DNA from: an uncultured bacterium
Lineage (GTDB): Bacteria; Actinomycetota; Acidimicrobiia; Acidimicrobiales; VFJN01
Direction: 5' to 3'
Assembly: GCA_963813485.1 (NCBI GenBank)
Contig: CAWEZE010000011.1
Span: 96,178-160,177, forward strand
Length of the DNA: 64,000 nucleotides
Under the pieces are notes generated by a model. That model was not told the DNA's origin and searched no databases. It saw nothing but the letters and a program-made list of their open reading frames with translations. Shown here piece after piece: positions 29,594 through 38,440 of the stretch. Made by a program: the position numbers and the translations under genes. Position 1 is the first letter of the stretch. The number at the start of each line of letters is the position of its first letter.

Positions 29594-30508
29594 TCACGCG
29601 GCCCCGTAGACAGGGGCCGGCGCCGGGGCCTTGGCCAGCAGGTCGTCGACCGCGGGGCCCAGCTCCGCGGGGTCCCAGCGCGCGCCCTTGTCGATGGGGA
29701 TTCCGTGCTGCCACCCGTCGGCCACCGCGACCTTGCCGGCCTCGACCTCGAAGACCCGGCCCGTCACGTGCGCCGACTGCGCCGAGCCGAGCCACACCAC
29801 CAGCGGCGCCACGTTCTCGGGGGCCATGGCGTCGAATGCCACGGGATCGTCCGGCGGCGCCATCGTGTCGGCGAAGACCGTCTCGGTCATGCGTGTGCGG
29901 GCCGAGGGGGCGATGGCGTTGGCGGTGACGCCGTAGCGGCTCAGCTCGGCGGCCTGGACGAGCGTGAGCGCGGCGATCCCTGCCTTGGCGGCGCTGTAGG
30001 CAGCCTGGCCCACCGAGCCGTGCAGGCCGGCGCCCGACGACGTGTTGACGATGCGCGCATCGACCGCCTCGCCCGCCTTGGAGCGCTCCCGCCAGTGCTC
30101 AGCAGCGAAGCGAGAGACGGCGAAGTGGCCCTTGAGGTGGACCCGGACGACCGCGTCCCACTCGTCCTCCCCGCAGGACACGAACATGCGGTCGCGCACG
30201 AAGCCGGCGTTGTTGACGACGACGTCGAGGCCGCCGAACGCCTCGAGCGCGGTGCGGACGAGGCGGCGGGCGCCCTCCCAGTCGGCCACGTCGTCGCCGT
30301 TGACCGTGACCTCGCCGCCGCCCGCGGCGATCTCGTCGGCCAGCTCCCGGATCGCCGTGGGCGAGCCGCCGGTGCCGTCGAGCTCGGCCCCGATGTCGTT
30401 GACCACGAGCTTGGCGCCCTGACGGGCGAATTCGAGCGCGTGTGCCCGGCCGATCCCTCGCGCCGCACCGGTGACGATGACGACTCGACCCTCGCAGATC
30501 CCCGTCAT
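29594..30508 (-). CDS. SDR family oxidoreductase (long, hydroxyacyl-CoA/steroid dehydrogenase-like)
   Basis: TGAARGIGRA (TGxxxGxG), NNAG and YSAAK catalytic motifs; 304 aa with a C-terminal extension. Confidence 0.88.
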   Translation of the reverse strand: MTGICEGRVVIVTGAARGIGRAHALEFARQGAKLVVNDIGAELDGTGGSPTAIRELADEIAAGGGEVTVNGDDVADWEGARRLVRTALEAFGGLDVVVNNAGFVRDRMFVSCGEDEWDAVVRVHLKGHFAVSRFAAEHWRERSKAGEAVDARIVNTSSGAGLHGSVGQAAYSAAKAGIAALTLVQAAELSRYGVTANAIAPSARTRMTETVFADTMAPPDDPVAFDAMAPENVAPLVVWLGSAQSAHVTGRVFEVEAGKVAVADGWQHGIPIDKGARWDPAELGPAVDDLLAKAPAPAPVYGAA

Positions 30509-30612
30509 GGGCGCATCGTGTCACACCATCCCAGGAGCGACCGCCACGAACCGTAGTTCAAAGCTGCCAGCCAGTGTCTCGCCCGCATGCTCGCCAAGGC
30601 TGGCCTGTGAAG

Positions 30613-31167
30613 TTATGGGCCGTGGGCCTGCTTGTCCGCCCCGCTCGTAACCTGTGCCGGCTGGGTCGTTGCGCTCGCCTTCACGATGGCCTCGATCCCG
30701 CTGATTCGGTCCTCTAGCTCGGCTCTTCTTCGATCGCTCAATAGCGACGCACCCGCGGCAATCAGCGCTGCGAGCACGACGCCTAGGAACGGCAGGAACG
30801 GAACCCACCAGGTGTCCTCCGACGGAGCGGTGACAGGCAGGATCTCGCCGTCGATTTTCACGAACTCAGGCGCGTCGTCGCCGGCGATGTCATAGACGGC
30901 GACCCCGGGGGGGCGGGCGCTCGCAGGAGGGTCTCGGTCGTCGTCGGTCTGGAAGGTCAAGATGCCGGCGATGAACGTTGCCACGAGAAGAGTCCCGGCG
31001 ATGATTCCGCCGACCAACCTCCGACGGTGCTGCCGCTTCCGCTCACGCTCGAGGCGTTCCTTCGCGTCCGCCAGGTAGTCGGTGAAGGGGGCGGAAATGC
31101 CCTGTACCAGAGCCGCCGTGGCCGCCGCCATCGCCCCAAGGTCCGTCACAGAGCCCACCGCCAACAC
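30613..31167 (-). CDS. Hypothetical membrane protein (2 TM)
   Basis: 184-aa ORF in a lower-GC patch. Two hydrophobic helices (LVGGIIAGTLLVATFIAGIL; WWVPFLPFLGVVLAALIAAGA) and a charged coiled segment. Confidence 0.45.
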   Translation of the reverse strand: MLAVGSVTDLGAMAAATAALVQGISAPFTDYLADAKERLERERKRQHRRRLVGGIIAGTLLVATFIAGILTFQTDDDRDPPASARPPGVAVYDIAGDDAPEFVKIDGEILPVTAPSEDTWWVPFLPFLGVVLAALIAAGASLLSDRRRAELEDRISGIEAIVKASATTQPAQVTSGADKQAHGP

Positions 31168-31224
31168 CCGTCCACCGGGGCGGCAGGTTAGCTGGGCGCT
31201 CGAGCCCCCAGTTCGTGTGAAAGC

Positions 31225-31300
31225 CTAAGGACCTGAGCGGATAGGCCACGTCCTCTCTCGGCTCATGGTGGGGGTTCACCACCTGACCTTCAGCTGTCAG
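31225..31300. mobile_element. MITE-like element, partial copy (one terminus only)
   Basis: cTA-AGGACCTGAGCGGATAGGCCACGTCCTCT... matches the alpha arm of copies 3 and 4. No second terminal repeat was found within 150 nt. Confidence 0.55.
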
Positions 31301-31460
31301 CAGGCCCGCCAACGGCTGTCCCGCACCCGGTGCTCGCTACATCACAGCTAATGGGACGGCGTTACCCCGTACGGGTCGGCGCCACGGCGGGCGGAGCCAC
31401 CTCCGCGCCTCGTAGGCCGAGGGGTGGACATAGCGTGCAGTCGGGACGGGGAGGTGCAGG

Positions 31461-31712
31461 GTGGTGGCGGAACCTGAGGCGGGCATGCAGCGACTTGTGA
31501 AACGCGTCGTGGGTTGGGTGATCTTGGCGGCTCTGGTCACGTGGGTGATCGTGTTGTTTTGGGCTGCCACCGGTGGATCCGCATTCGACTTCGGTCGGGT
31601 GTGGGTATGGACTGCGGTCGTGCTTCTGGGTGCTGCGGCCAGGATGACAATCGTGGCGTGGCTCGTCGACGTCACCGACCGGCGTGCGGACGAACCGACC
31701 TATCGGATCTGA
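31461..31712 (+). CDS. Hypothetical small membrane protein (2 TM)
   Basis: An 83-aa ORF between two MITE copies: VVGWVILAALVTWVIVLFWAA and VWVWTAVVLLGAAARMTIVAWLV. Start may be the internal ATG (MQRL, 31485). Confidence 0.35.
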   Translation: MVAEPEAGMQRLVKRVVGWVILAALVTWVIVLFWAATGGSAFDFGRVWVWTAVVLLGAAARMTIVAWLVDVTDRRADEPTYRI

Positions 31713-31734
31713 CCTACGCCCCGAGCTGCGTCCC

Positions 31735-31873
31735 CTAAGGACGTGAGCGGATAGGCACGTAGTCTTGACTCGCGGTGGTCAGCGCTGCCGGGGACCCGAG
31801 CTGTTGAGCTGGCGGTCGACCGCCAAATTCCACGCGTAGGCTGCACGAACCGCCCTATCCGCTCGGCTCCTAG
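31735..31873. mobile_element. MITE-like element, copy 3 (139 bp)
   Basis: cTA-AGGACGTGAGCGGATAGG ... CCCTATCCGCTCGGCTCC-TAg. It is near-identical in reverse orientation to copy 4. Confidence 0.85.
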
Positions 31874-32231
31874 CACGTCGATCGGCTGGCCGGAGCAGAC
31901 CTGGATCCGCGTCACCTGAGGCGACGCCGGTCCCAGGCGTCGCCGTCCCGCTGCTGGCTGGCTAACGGGCGTCCGGTTCACTGGCCGGCGATACAGCGAC
32001 GATGGCGGCGGGTCATCTCGCGGGCGGACATGAGAGGGCGGACATGACACAGGAACTCGCGCGATACGTACTGCTGGCGTCGGTCTCGGCGACGGTGGCC
32101 GGCGTGGTGTTCGAGGGGGTGCGGCGGCGGTTTGCGGGCACGCGGCTCGACCGGCAGTTCCGTGAACAGCACCCATAGCCGCCGCGGGACGAGGCCCGAT
32201 GCCACCGGCCGGTTCTACGCCGGCCCGAGTG

Positions 32232-32411
32232 TCAGAGCACGAACCCGGGGCCGAAGTGGTCGACGAGCGCGAGGACCAGGACACCTATGACGGCGACGCG
32301 CGCGACCACCGGCAGGCTCTTAACCAAGTCGGTGATCGTCGGCAGCCGCTTGCTGCGGACCGCCACGAACTCGTAGATCGCGGCGATGAGGCCGATGATG
32401 GCAACGGTCAC
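32232..32411 (-). CDS. Hypothetical small membrane protein (59 aa)
   Basis: Not in the track (under 60 aa). GTG at 32411, then TVAIIGLIAAIYEFVAVRSKRLPTITDLVKSLPVVARVAVIGVLVLALVDHFGPGFVL. High third-position GC. It lies immediately downstream of the Ddn-like gene. Confidence 0.4.
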   Translation of the reverse strand: MTVAIIGLIAAIYEFVAVRSKRLPTITDLVKSLPVVARVAVIGVLVLALVDHFGPGFVL

Positions 32412-32438
32412 CAGCGCCTCCCCGCTCAGCCCCGGACG

Positions 32439-32870
32439 TCAAGACACCGGCTCGAGCAGCACCAGCGGGATCTCGCGGTCGGTCTTGGTCTGATAGTCGC
32501 CGTAGCCCTTGTACCTGCCGACGACCTTCGGCCACAGCCGGGCCCGTTCGTCGGGATCGGCGATGCGCGCCCGCATCGGCCGCTTCGGTTCACGTCCGAT
32601 CGCCACGTCGACATCCGGGTTGTCGCGGAGGTTGAGGAACCAGGCCGGGTGGTGAGGGTCGCCGCCACGGGAGGCGACCACCACGATGGCGTCGCCGTCT
32701 TGCACGGGCGAGGTCAACAGCACCGTGTGGGGCCGGCCGCTCTTACGCCCCGTGGTTGTGAGCTCGATCACCGGCATGTTGGCGACGTCCCACCCGAACC
32801 GGCCCCCGCTGAGCTTCTGCATGGTCCGGTGGATGGTGTTGGCCCCCCTGAAGAACACGTCGCTCGGCAT
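32439..32870 (-). CDS. Nitroreductase-family deazaflavin (F420)-dependent oxidoreductase (Ddn-like)
   Basis: 143 aa with MPVIELTTTGRKSGRPHTVLL..VVASRGGDPHHPAWFLNLRDNP..RLWPKVV..Y..YQ.KTDREIPLVLLEP, the signature of the family. Confidence 0.85.
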   Translation of the reverse strand: MPSDVFFRGANTIHRTMQKLSGGRFGWDVANMPVIELTTTGRKSGRPHTVLLTSPVQDGDAIVVVASRGGDPHHPAWFLNLRDNPDVDVAIGREPKRPMRARIADPDERARLWPKVVGRYKGYGDYQTKTDREIPLVLLEPVS

Positions 32871-32910
32871 GGCCGGACATTAGGCGTCTCGCGCCACGCA
32901 AACTGGCGAC

Positions 32911-33714
32911 GTGACCGAACGCGACGACACCGTGCTCGAGGACTACCGGGCGCTCAACGATCCCGAGCGGCGGCGGGAGCTGGAACGACGGGGCGGGTTC
33001 TTCGTGGTGGAGGGCGCGCTGGCGCTGGAGGCGCTGCTCGATTCCGGCTTCCCCATCCGTTCGGTGCTCGCCGCGGCGCGCAAGGCGGAGCGGGTGCGTG
33101 CCCTGGTCGGCGGCCGGGCGCCGGTGGTGGTGCGGTCGGACGACGAGGTCGAAGCGATCGCCGGCTTCCCCTTCCACCGGGGCGTGCTGGCGGCCGCCGA
33201 CCGGCGACCGCTGCCTGGGGTCGCCGACGTGCTGGAGGGCGCCGACCTCATCGTCATCGCCGAGGGGCTGACCGACCATGAGAACGTCGGGGCGCTGTTC
33301 CGCAACGCCGCCGCATTCGGTGCGGACGCGGTGTTGCTCGATCCCGCAACCGCCGACCCGCTCTACCGGCGGAGCGTGCGGGTGTCGCTGGGCCATGTGC
33401 TACGGGTGCCTTGGACCCGGGTGCCCACCTGGCCGGGTGGACTCGGTGAGCTGCGGCAGCGCCGGTTCGAGCTCTTGGCCCTGACCCCAGCGCCCCACGC
33501 CGTGCCGATCGACGCCGTCGCGCTCGACGTCGCCGCCCGCAGGCCGAAGGTCGCGCTGCTCGTCGGCGCCGAAGGCGCCGGGCTCAGCGACGCCGCCCTC
33601 GCGGCATGCGACCGACGGGTACGCATCCCCATCGCCCCTGCGGTCGACTCGCTGAACGTGGCCACTGCCGCCGCCGTCGCCTTACACCGGCTCAGTAGAT
33701 TCGATCCGGCCTGA
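32911..33714 (+). CDS. TrmH/SpoU family RNA 2'-O-methyltransferase
   Basis: 267 aa with ENVGALFRNAAAFG, LLVGAEGAGLS and RIPIAPAVDSLNVATAAAVALH (SPOUT knot motifs). Confidence 0.85.
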   Translation: MTERDDTVLEDYRALNDPERRRELERRGGFFVVEGALALEALLDSGFPIRSVLAAARKAERVRALVGGRAPVVVRSDDEVEAIAGFPFHRGVLAAADRRPLPGVADVLEGADLIVIAEGLTDHENVGALFRNAAAFGADAVLLDPATADPLYRRSVRVSLGHVLRVPWTRVPTWPGGLGELRQRRFELLALTPAPHAVPIDAVALDVAARRPKVALLVGAEGAGLSDAALAACDRRVRIPIAPAVDSLNVATAAAVALHRLSRFDPA

Positions 33715-34235
33715 TGCCCGCCCTGACCGGACCCGCCCTCACCACCGCCCTCCTCCTCGCGTTCGCCGGGGCAACTAAGGCTGTCGACCCGGCGATGACG
33801 GTGGGGGCGCTGCGCGCGCTCGGGCTCCCGTCGTCGCGGACCCTGGTACGAGTGGGTGCCGCGGCCGAGCTGCTCGTCGGCCTCTTGGCGGCGACCGCCG
33901 GCTGGGCGTTGGTCTGGTGGCTCGTCGCCGCCAGCTACCTGGCGTTCGCTGCGTTCGTCCTGGCCGCTATGCGGGCGGGAACGATGGTGGGCTCGTGCGG
34001 CTGCTTCGGACGCAAGGACACCCCTCCCCATCCGATCCACGTCGTGGTCAACGTCGCCTCGGCGGCAACGGCTGCCGCCGCCGCAGTTCGGGATGTGGGT
34101 GCGCCGCTCGACGCAATCGCCGACGCCCCGGGACGCGGGTGGGTCGTCGCCGGGTTGAGCGTGCTGGCGGTTGTCCTCCTGTACGGCGTCCTCGTCGACC
34201 TTCCGAGGGCGCTGCGCCAACCTCGACGTTCCTGA
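33714..34235 (+). CDS. MauE/DoxX-family redox-associated membrane protein
   Basis: 173 aa, four TM helices, with the conserved GSCGCFG motif. Confidence 0.7.
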   Translation: MPALTGPALTTALLLAFAGATKAVDPAMTVGALRALGLPSSRTLVRVGAAAELLVGLLAATAGWALVWWLVAASYLAFAAFVLAAMRAGTMVGSCGCFGRKDTPPHPIHVVVNVASAATAAAAAVRDVGAPLDAIADAPGRGWVVAGLSVLAVVLLYGVLVDLPRALRQPRRS

Positions 34236-34272
34236 GGCGCCTTTTGCGTTGCCGGCGGGCACCATTGGGGAC

Positions 34273-36018
34273 ATGGCCGCCACCCATGAGGTCACCAATC
34301 AGCCGCCCCCGCTCGAGGGCTACGACGTCTTCGGCGCCGATGTCGCCCTGGTCGAGGCGGTCGAGCGGGAGGGCGCCGGCTGGGCCGTCGACGACCTGCA
34401 CGCACTCGGCCGCCTGGCCGGGTCGCCCGAAGCCATCGGCTGGGGCTTCGACGCCAACCGTCACCCGCCCGAGTTGCGCACCCACGACCGCTACGGGCAT
34501 CGCATCGACGAGGTCGCCTACCACCCCGCCTACCACGAGCTCATGCAGGTTGCGGTGTCCCACGGCCTGCACGGCGCGCCGTGGGCCGTCGACCAGCCGG
34601 GTGCCCACGTGGCACGGGCGGCCGGCTTCGTGACCTGGTCCCAGGTCGACACCGGGCACGGCTGCCCGATCTCCATGACCTACTCGATCGTGCCCGCACT
34701 CCGGACCCAGCCCGACCTGGCCGCCGAGTGGGAGCCCCGCCTGGTGGCACGGGCCTACGACCCACGCAACGTCGCGGCCCGCGAGAAGCCCGGCGTCCTC
34801 GCCGGCATGGGCATGACCGAGAAGCAGGGGGGATCCGACGTCCGGGCCAACACCACCCGCGCCCAGCGGGTCGCCGGGGGCGGCGACGTCGACGGCGACA
34901 CGTGGGGGCTGACCGGGCACAAGTGGTTCTGCTCGGCGCCGATGTCGGACGTGTTCCTGATGCTGGCGCAGGCCCCGGGCGGGCTGACGTGCTTCCTCGT
35001 GCCCCGCTGGCTCCCCGATGGCGGGCGCAACTCGGGGCTCCGGATCATGCGACTGAAGGACAAGCTCGGCAACCGGTCCAACGCGTCCAGCGAGATCGAG
35101 CTGGATGGGGCTGTCGCGTGGCGAGTCGGCGAGGAGGGCCGGGGCGTCCGCACCATCATCGACATGGTCGCCCACACCCGTCTGGACTGCGTGCTCGGGG
35201 CGACCGCCACCATGCGGCAGGCCACCGCCCAGGCGCTGCACCACGCGGCCCATCGCTCGGCCTTCGGCTCGACGTTGGTCGACCAGCCGCTCATGCGGGT
35301 GGTGCTCGCGGACCTGGCGGTGGAGTCCGAGGCCGCGACGGTGACGGCGCTGCGCCTGGCCCGTGCGTTCGACGAGGCCGCCCGCGGTGACGAGGACGCC
35401 GACGCGCTGAGGCGCATCGCCACCGCCGTGGGCAAGTACTGGACCTGCAAGCGCCAGCCCACCCACGTCGGCGAGTCGCTCGAATGCCTGGGCGGGAACG
35501 GCTACGTCGAGGAATCGATCATGCCCCGGCTGTTCCGCGAGAGCCCGCTCAACGGCATCTGGGAGGGCTCGGGCAACGTGATCTGCCTGGACGTGCTGCG
35601 GGCGATGGCCCGGGAGCCGGCGGCGCTGGAGGCGTTCCTCGCAGAGATCGACGCCGCCCGCGGTGCGGACCAGCGATTGGACGGCGCCGTGGCCCGCGTG
35701 CGCCACGAGCTCGGGGACCTGGTCGGCATCGAGTCCCGCGCCCGGCGGGTCGTGGAGGCCATGGCCCTGGCGCTCCAGGGCAGCCTGCTGGTGCGGTACG
35801 GGCATCCGGCCGTCGCCGAGGCCTTCTGCGCCTCGCGGCTGACCGGCGAGGAGGGGCTGGCCCTGGGCACGCTGCCGTCGGGGCTCGATCTCTCCACGAT
35901 CATCGAGCGCGCACCCGAAAGTGGCTTAGGAGCCGAGCGGATAGGGCGGTTGGTGCAGCCGACGTGGGAATTTGGCGGTCGACTACCAGCTCAACAGCTT
36001 GGCTCCCGGCAGCGCTGA
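34273..36018 (+). CDS. AidB-like acyl-CoA dehydrogenase; the last 31 codons are read from a MITE
   Basis: From the ATG at 34273: MAATHEVTNQPPPLEGYDVFGAD.., TEKQGGSDV, WFCSAPMSD and CLGGNGYVEES, which is the AidB/ACAD layout. From 35925 the frame continues into MITE copy 4 (..GLGAERIGRLVQPTWEFGG..) and stops at 36016-36018 inside it. Confidence 0.85.
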   Translation: MAATHEVTNQPPPLEGYDVFGADVALVEAVEREGAGWAVDDLHALGRLAGSPEAIGWGFDANRHPPELRTHDRYGHRIDEVAYHPAYHELMQVAVSHGLHGAPWAVDQPGAHVARAAGFVTWSQVDTGHGCPISMTYSIVPALRTQPDLAAEWEPRLVARAYDPRNVAAREKPGVLAGMGMTEKQGGSDVRANTTRAQRVAGGGDVDGDTWGLTGHKWFCSAPMSDVFLMLAQAPGGLTCFLVPRWLPDGGRNSGLRIMRLKDKLGNRSNASSEIELDGAVAWRVGEEGRGVRTIIDMVAHTRLDCVLGATATMRQATAQALHHAAHRSAFGSTLVDQPLMRVVLADLAVESEAATVTALRLARAFDEAARGDEDADALRRIATAVGKYWTCKRQPTHVGESLECLGGNGYVEESIMPRLFRESPLNGIWEGSGNVICLDVLRAMAREPAALEAFLAEIDAARGADQRLDGAVARVRHELGDLVGIESRARRVVEAMALALQGSLLVRYGHPAVAEAFCASRLTGEEGLALGTLPSGLDLSTIIERAPESGLGAERIGRLVQPTWEFGGRLPAQQLGSRQR

Positions 36019-36060
36019 CCACCGTGAACCAGAGGACGTGCCTATCCGCTCAGGTCCTAG
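35925..36060. mobile_element. MITE-like element, copy 4 (136 bp)
   Basis: tTA-GGAGCCGAGCGGATAGGG ... GCCTATCCGCTCAGGTCC-TAg. It overlaps the 3' end of the AidB-like CDS. Confidence 0.85.
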
Positions 36061-36095
36061 CCGTTTGGGGCACAAGGTGCGCTGGTCGGTCAGGC

Positions 36096-37244
36096 CTAGA
36101 GCCGCTCGATGATGGTCACGTTGGCCTGGCCCCCGCCCTCGCACATCGTCTGCAGACCCCAGCGCCCGCCGCGGCGCTCCAGCTCGTGGAGCAGGGTGGT
36201 CATCAGGCGGGCGCCGGTGGCGCCGAGCGGGTGGCCGAGGGCGATGGCGCCGCCGTTGACGTTGACCCTGGCCATGTCGGCGCCCGCCTCCTGTGCCCAG
36301 GCGATGACCACCGAGGCGAAGGCCTCGTTGATCTCGACCAGGTCGATGTCGTCGAGGCGCATGCCGGTCTTGGCCAGCGCGTGGGCGGTCGCGGGGATCG
36401 GCGCCGTCAGCATCCACACCGGGTCGTCCGCCCGCACCGAGAGGTGGTGGATCCGGGCCCGAGGCGAGAGCCCGTGGTCCGCCAGCCCCCGCTCGTTCAC
36501 GATCAGCAGCGCAGCCGAGGCGTCGGAGATCTGCGACGAGCACGCCGCGGTCACCCGTCCGCCCTCGGTCAGGACCGGCAGCGAGCGGATCTTGCCCCAG
36601 TCGGGCTCCCGGGGGCCCTCGTCGGTGGTGCACTCGCCCAGCGGCACGATCTCGGCGTCGAAGCGACCCTCGTCGCGAGCCCGGATGGCCCGGGTGTGCG
36701 ACTCGACGGCGAACGCCTCCATCTCGTCGCGCCCGATGTCCCACTTCCCGGCGATCAACTCCGCAGACCGGAACTGGCTCACCTCCTGCGTGCCGTAGCG
36801 GGCGACCCATCCCGGCGACCCGGTGAACGGGTCGTCGAACCCCAACGCCTGGCCGGCGGTCATGGCCGACGAGATGGGGATCTGCGACATCTGCTGCACG
36901 CCGCCGGCCACGACCACGTCCATCGTCCCGGACAGGACCGCCTGGGCGGCGAAGTGGATCGCCTGCTGCGACGATCCGCACTGGCGGTCGACGGTGGTGC
37001 CCGGCACGTGCTCGGGGAGCCCGGCCGCCAGCCAACAGGTGCGGGCGATGTCGCCGGCCTGGCCGCCGATGGTGTCGACGCAGCCGAACACCACGTCTTC
37101 CACCGCCGCCGGGTCGATGCCCGTGCGCTCGACCAGGGCCGTCAGGCTGTGCGCACCCAGGTCGGCGGGGTGGACCAGGGCCAGCCCACCCCCGCGCTTG
37201 CCGACCGGCGTGCGAACTGCGTCGACGATGTAGGCCTCGGTCAT
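36096..37244 (-). CDS. Thiolase (acetyl-CoA acyltransferase, FadA6-like)
   Basis: From the ATG at 37244 (383 aa): DRQCGSSQQ, GHPLGATGAR and CEGGGQA. It overlaps the upstream gene's stop by 4 nt. Confidence 0.9.
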   Translation of the reverse strand: MTEAYIVDAVRTPVGKRGGGLALVHPADLGAHSLTALVERTGIDPAAVEDVVFGCVDTIGGQAGDIARTCWLAAGLPEHVPGTTVDRQCGSSQQAIHFAAQAVLSGTMDVVVAGGVQQMSQIPISSAMTAGQALGFDDPFTGSPGWVARYGTQEVSQFRSAELIAGKWDIGRDEMEAFAVESHTRAIRARDEGRFDAEIVPLGECTTDEGPREPDWGKIRSLPVLTEGGRVTAACSSQISDASAALLIVNERGLADHGLSPRARIHHLSVRADDPVWMLTAPIPATAHALAKTGMRLDDIDLVEINEAFASVVIAWAQEAGADMARVNVNGGAIALGHPLGATGARLMTTLLHELERRGGRWGLQTMCEGGGQANVTIIERL

Positions 37245-38332
37245 GCGCCCTGCAGGCGCTCGAGGGTGGCGGTCGCCTCGGCGGCGACGCGCTCGAGCAG
37301 CTCGGCCACCGTGGGCAGCTCGTCGATCACCCCGGTGACCTGCCCCGTCGGCAGCACGCCGACCTCGGCCTTGCCGTCCACCAGCGCCGCCTTGATGAGC
37401 ATGGGCGCGTTGGCGGCCATGGCCACCTGCGACCACGACAGCCCCTGGTTCTTGCGCATGGCCACTCCCTCGCGGACCAGGTCTGGCAGCGGCGTACCGG
37501 TCAGCCGCCGAAAGGCGAGCGCCGCCCGCAGCGCCCGCGGCAGTCGGCTCAGCGGCGAGGCCCGCTCCAGCCGGTCGACCGTCTGGGTGCGGATCACCCG
37601 TTGCGGTGCCCCGTCGAGGGCGGTCGTGACCACCGTGTCGGTCACGGCCGCCTCCAGGTAGCGGCGCTTGATTGCATCGGGCACCCGGCTCTCCCGGGTG
37701 AGCAGGAACCGGGTGCCCATGGCCACCCCGTCGGCCCCCCAGGCCAGCGCGGCCACCAGGCCACGCCCGTCGTGGAAGCCCCCGGCCGCCAGGACCGGGA
37801 TCTCGGCCCCCACGGCGTCGACCACCTGCGGCAACAGCAGCGACGTCGGGACGACGCCGGTGTGCCCGCCGCCTTCCCCACCCTGAGCGATGACGGCGTC
37901 GACGTCCCACTCCAGCATCTTCTCGGCGTGGCGCCGGGCGCCCACCGTGGGCATGACCAACACGCCTGCGCCATGGAGCTCGGCGATCGCATCCTTGGTG
38001 GGTGCGCCGGCGAAGCTGACCAGCCGGACGCCCTCCCGGACGCACAGGTCGATGCGATCGGCCAGGTCCGGCTGGTCCGCCCGCAGATTGACCCCGAAAG
38101 CGTGGGCCGTCCGCTCCTTGACGGCGGTGATCGAGTCGGCCAGTTGGCCCTGCGTCATGGTGACGGCGGCGAGGATGCCGAACCCACCCGCGCAGCTGGT
38201 GGCGGCGGTCAGCGAGGCACCCGACACCCAACCCATCCCCGTCTGCACGATGGGATAGCGGCAGCCCACCAGGTCGCAGAACCGGGTGTGGAGCGCCGGG
38301 TGCAGCGGAGAACCTGACGCTGCGTCAGACAT
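37241..38332 (-). CDS. Nitronate monooxygenase-family flavoenzyme (IpdC-like enoyl reductase)
   Basis: From the ATG at 38332 (363 aa): YPIVQTGMGWVSG, QGGEGGGHTG and LAAGGFHDGRG (NMO/2-nitropropane dioxygenase TIM barrel). Confidence 0.85.
   Translation of the reverse strand: MSDAASGSPLHPALHTRFCDLVGCRYPIVQTGMGWVSGASLTAATSCAGGFGILAAVTMTQGQLADSITAVKERTAHAFGVNLRADQPDLADRIDLCVREGVRLVSFAGAPTKDAIAELHGAGVLVMPTVGARRHAEKMLEWDVDAVIAQGGEGGGHTGVVPTSLLLPQVVDAVGAEIPVLAAGGFHDGRGLVAALAWGADGVAMGTRFLLTRESRVPDAIKRRYLEAAVTDTVVTTALDGAPQRVIRTQTVDRLERASPLSRLPRALRAALAFRRLTGTPLPDLVREGVAMRKNQGLSWSQVAMAANAPMLIKAALVDGKAEVGVLPTGQVTGVIDELPTVAELLERVAAEATATLERLQGA
38314..38328. promoter_or_regulatory. Perfect palindrome CTGACG-CTG-CGTCAG (candidate operator, copy 2 of 3)
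   Basis: It overlaps codons 2-6 of the NMO/thiolase operon, directly after the ATG at 38332. Confidence 0.55.
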
Positions 38333-38440
38333 CCGGTTCAGACTACGAGCCGGTCCGGCGGACCCGCCACCGGCCGAGACACGCCCCCTTGTGTGCGGTC
38401 GTAGCCTGGAATAGGCGGGCGCCACTAGGAGGTGCTTCCC

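Noticed and set aside
34048-35805. 585-aa minus-strand ORF over the AidB-like gene; likewise 57803-59548 over the ABC gene and 16290-17465 over yhhQ
   Set aside because: These are antisense shadow ORFs. The sense strand carries the diagnostic motifs.
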